Positions 7,755-9,968 of a DNA stretch of 9,968 bases are shown piece by piece. The stretch is from contig BAAFSQ010000338.1 of the NCBI GenBank assembly GCA_054661495.1, positions 1 to 9,968 on the forward strand. Reading direction: 5' to 3'. The stretch is from Zygophlyctis sp. KS116 (lineage: Eukaryota > Fungi > Chytridiomycota). The position numbers and the translations under genes are program-made. The notes beneath the pieces are model-generated. The model was not told where the DNA came from, ran no database searches, and saw only the letters and a program-made list of their open reading frames with translations. How positions within the stretch are numbered: position 1 is the first letter of the stretch; every line of letters starts with the position of its first letter.

Positions 7755-8927
7755 ATGGCAACTGAAGAGTCTTTAGATGATCAGCAAGATATTGTAGAGA
7801 TTAATGATGTTGGAGAGATTGTTGAGGATGATGATCAGGATGACATGATGGAAGGAGATCAGTCAGATGGCGGTTCCGATGCAGAAGTTTTGGATGCAAT
7901 GGATGCAGTCTGTGGTTTTGAGCATGGAGCTCCAGTTTTTGCAATTGCAGCATTTTCTAATCTGGTTGCATCTGGCGGCGGGGATGATAAGGCTTACGTT
8001 TGGGACTCTACTTCAGGCCAACTTCTCAAGGAACTTCCTGGACATGCAGATTCTGTAGTTTCAATTGGTTTTAGCCATGATGGAAAGTATGTTGCATCTG
8101 GTGGAATGGACGGTATAGTCAATGTTTCTTCCATGGAATCTGAAAACGTTATGAAATTGCAGGGCCCAAACGAAGTTATCTGGATAAGGTGGCATCCTCG
8201 AGGAAACGTTTTATTGGCTGGAAGTGAGGATGGTACAATATGGATGTGGTCTATACCTTCTGGTAATTGTATGCATGTTTTTTCTGGACATTCAGAATCA
8301 GTCACTTGTGGTGACTTTTTACCAGATGGAAAATATATTATCTCTGCATCAGCCGATGGGTCTCTCATAATATGGAATCCTCAAACAGGAATTGCTACTT
8401 TTAAATTTAATGGGTTAGATTCTAGATTTCACCAAGCTCCTATTACTTGTCTTTCTCTTTCTTTTGATAATCAGATGGCAATCACAGGATCGCAAGATGG
8501 TTCTATTAAATTATTACATTTAACTCAAAAAAAAATAATGGCATCATTTGATTCACATACTGATTCCATTGAAGGACTTTGTTTTTCTAGTAACTTAAAC
8601 TATGCAGTATCTGGATCTGTAGATGGTAAAATATGTATTTGGGATTTGAAAAACCTGGCATTACGCAATTCAATTCAAACCGAGGTGGGTTTTATTCATT
8701 CTAATAGATAGGGCGCAATTACAAAATTGACATGGAAAGAACCGCATTATTTCATTTCCTCATCAACTGATGGTACTCTTGGAGTCTGGGATGTTCGAAC
8801 TGGAGAAAATCTAAAGACGTTTAGAGGTCATCAAGACGGAATTTTGGATTTTGAATTGGTCAATCAAAAGCTAGTATCTGGTTCAGATGATGGATATTGT
8901 CTTGTATTTGAATGGTTAAAAGTTTGA
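7755..8927 (+). CDS. SQT1: WD40 protein Sqt1/AAMP (dedicated chaperone of uL16/Rpl10); exons 7755-8684, 8712-8927; about 381 aa
   Basis: Acidic N-terminus followed by WD40 repeats with motifs typical of Sqt1/AAMP: VASGGGDDKAYVW, GHADSVVSIGFSHDGKYVASGGMDG, EVIWIRWHPRGNVLLAGSEDGTIWMWSIPSG, and C-terminal GSDDGYCLVF. One 27-nt intron at 8685-8711. Confidence 0.92.
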
Positions 8928-8955
8928 AATTCTATTCATCATTTGGAAGAATGGC

Positions 8956-8961
8956 AATAAA
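8956..8961 (+). terminator. Putative poly(A) signal AATAAA of SQT1
   Basis: AATAAA lies 28 nt after the TGA stop. Confidence 0.4.
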
Positions 8962-9171
8962 ACAGTTTTTACAAAGAGTTTCCAGACATTTATATATATT
9001 GACCAAGTTTCTACACAGAAAATTAGAAATGTGATGGGAAGTTAGTAGGGGAAACACACGTAATCGATTGTTATTCGTCAAAAATACATTTAATTGCTTT
9101 AAACCTTTTTGCTTTCGGCTGATAGGTGTTTTACCGGATTAAAATAGCAACGCGCCTGTATAAATACCGAA

Positions 9172-9968
9172 ATGTCAACTGCGATACAGACTAGTTTTAA
9201 GAGTTTTAAATCGAATTATTTAATGATTTACTCTGTTTTAGTGCTATCAGATGGGTTTAGAGGCCCTTTCTTATGGCCCATTTATAAATCATACGGGTTG
9301 GATGATCACAAAATTTATACTCTATACGCAATCACATTTTTTTCATCTGCACTCTTTAGCTCAAGCTCAGGAGATATGGCTGATAGATGGTCCAAGTCAT
9401 ACACACTTGCATTGGCGTGTATAATTGATGGAATATCTTGTCTCGCCACGTTTTCAACAAACATGAACGTTTTGATTGTCGGACATATATTGTCCTGAAT
9501 CTCGTTTTGTACATTGTTTCCCACTTTAGAATCATGGATGATTGAAAAACATGAAAATGCTGGATATTCTGAATCGCAGTTACAGCAAACTCTGGCAGCA
9601 ACTTCTTTATTTTTTGGACTTTTTGAAATATGTTGTGGAATTGGAGCAAACTTTATCAGTGATTATTATGGTTACTCTGTTTTGCTTTATCTGTCTGCAT
9701 TCTTTATGATTATGTCCTTTAAACTTATTCTAAACTATGATGTACCAGAGAATCAAAGATCAAAAATCCCGAAAAAGACCGAATTGGAAAGTTCCTTTTC
9801 ATATAGTTCAAATCTGCTAATCATTGGTCTAATGCAGTCGGGATTTGAAATTTTGTTAACTGTATTCATTAGTTTTTGGGCTCCGGCTTTAGGAAAAGCA
9901 GCTAAAGGTGACGTAAATTATGGATACATTTTTTCAACTTTTATGGTTTCTGTAATGATTGGATCAAA
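9172..9968 (+). CDS. MFSD5: MFSD5/MOT2-like major facilitator (molybdate-anion transporter family), 3'-partial, with an in-frame TGA at 9496-9498 (pseudogene, sequencing error or recoding)
   Basis: YLMIYSVLVLSDGFRGPFLWPIYKSYG, GDMADRW, GHILS*ISFCTLFPTLESWMIEKH, GLMQSGFE...FWAPAL and YGYIFSTFMVSVMIGS follow the MFSD5 family pattern in a single frame on both sides of the TGA. The frame stays open to the window end. Confidence 0.8.

Noticed and set aside
4424-9104. TAARCC motif near several start codons (TRM1, KTR, SQT1, MFSD5) as a shared promoter element
   Set aside because: The same hexamer also occurs repeatedly inside coding sequence (e.g. near 2022, 7059, 7991, 9255), so enrichment cannot be supported from this window.
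9031-9122. Possible C/D snoRNA (GTGATGG ... CTGA) in the SQT1-MFSD5 gap
   Set aside because: The C-box candidate lacks the terminal GA needed for the K-turn, there is no terminal stem, and I see no convincing rRNA guide of 10 nt or more.
9159-9166. TATAAATA as a TATA box
   Set aside because: It lies only 5 nt before the ATG, too close to direct initiation upstream of it.
9478-9529. Intron removing the MFSD5 TGA, or selenocysteine at this codon
   Set aside because: The candidate introns (52 and 38 nt) shift the frame and delete conserved residues. The aligned residue is Gly in a transmembrane helix, not a Cys, and the 3' UTR where a SECIS would lie is outside the window.
189-9649. Antisense and alternate-frame ORFs in the track (e.g. 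189-392, 2228-2437, 2653-2961, 2852-3079, 4369-4560, 6907-7257, 7994-8368, 9356-9649)
   Set aside because: They are shadows of the identified genes, with no recognisable motifs.
1-9968. CRISPR arrays, prokaryotic operons or defence systems, transposase or reverse-transcriptase genes
   Set aside because: There is no repeat-spacer structure, and all long frames are accounted for by eukaryotic housekeeping genes.

Overview
AT-rich, very compact eukaryotic nuclear DNA, not prokaryotic. It is probably fungal (it has a KRE2/KTR mannosyltransferase), and an early-diverging, chytrid-like lineage is my inference. The ORF track is fragmented because the genes are split by tiny GT-AG introns. I traced 22 introns by hand: 21 are 23-32 nt and one is 178 nt. 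Removing them gives complete reading frames for RPL21 (+), TAH18/NDOR1 (-), TRM1 (-), a KRE2/KTR alpha-1,2-mannosyltransferase (+), RRB1/GRWD1 (+) and SQT1/AAMP (+). A seventh gene, an MFSD5/MOT2-like transporter (+), runs off the window and has an in-frame TGA at a family Gly position. The best candidate for something new is the 178-nt RRB1 intron. It holds three consecutive hairpins, two with complementary U7/A8 loops, and the first hairpin covers a normal-distance (30-nt) alternative 3' splice site that leads to a premature stop. Also notable: two dedicated ribosomal-protein chaperone genes 37 nt apart, poly(A)-like hexamers fused to stop codons, and in-frame stops in five of six 3n introns. 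All folding and family assignments were made by eye; no searches were run.
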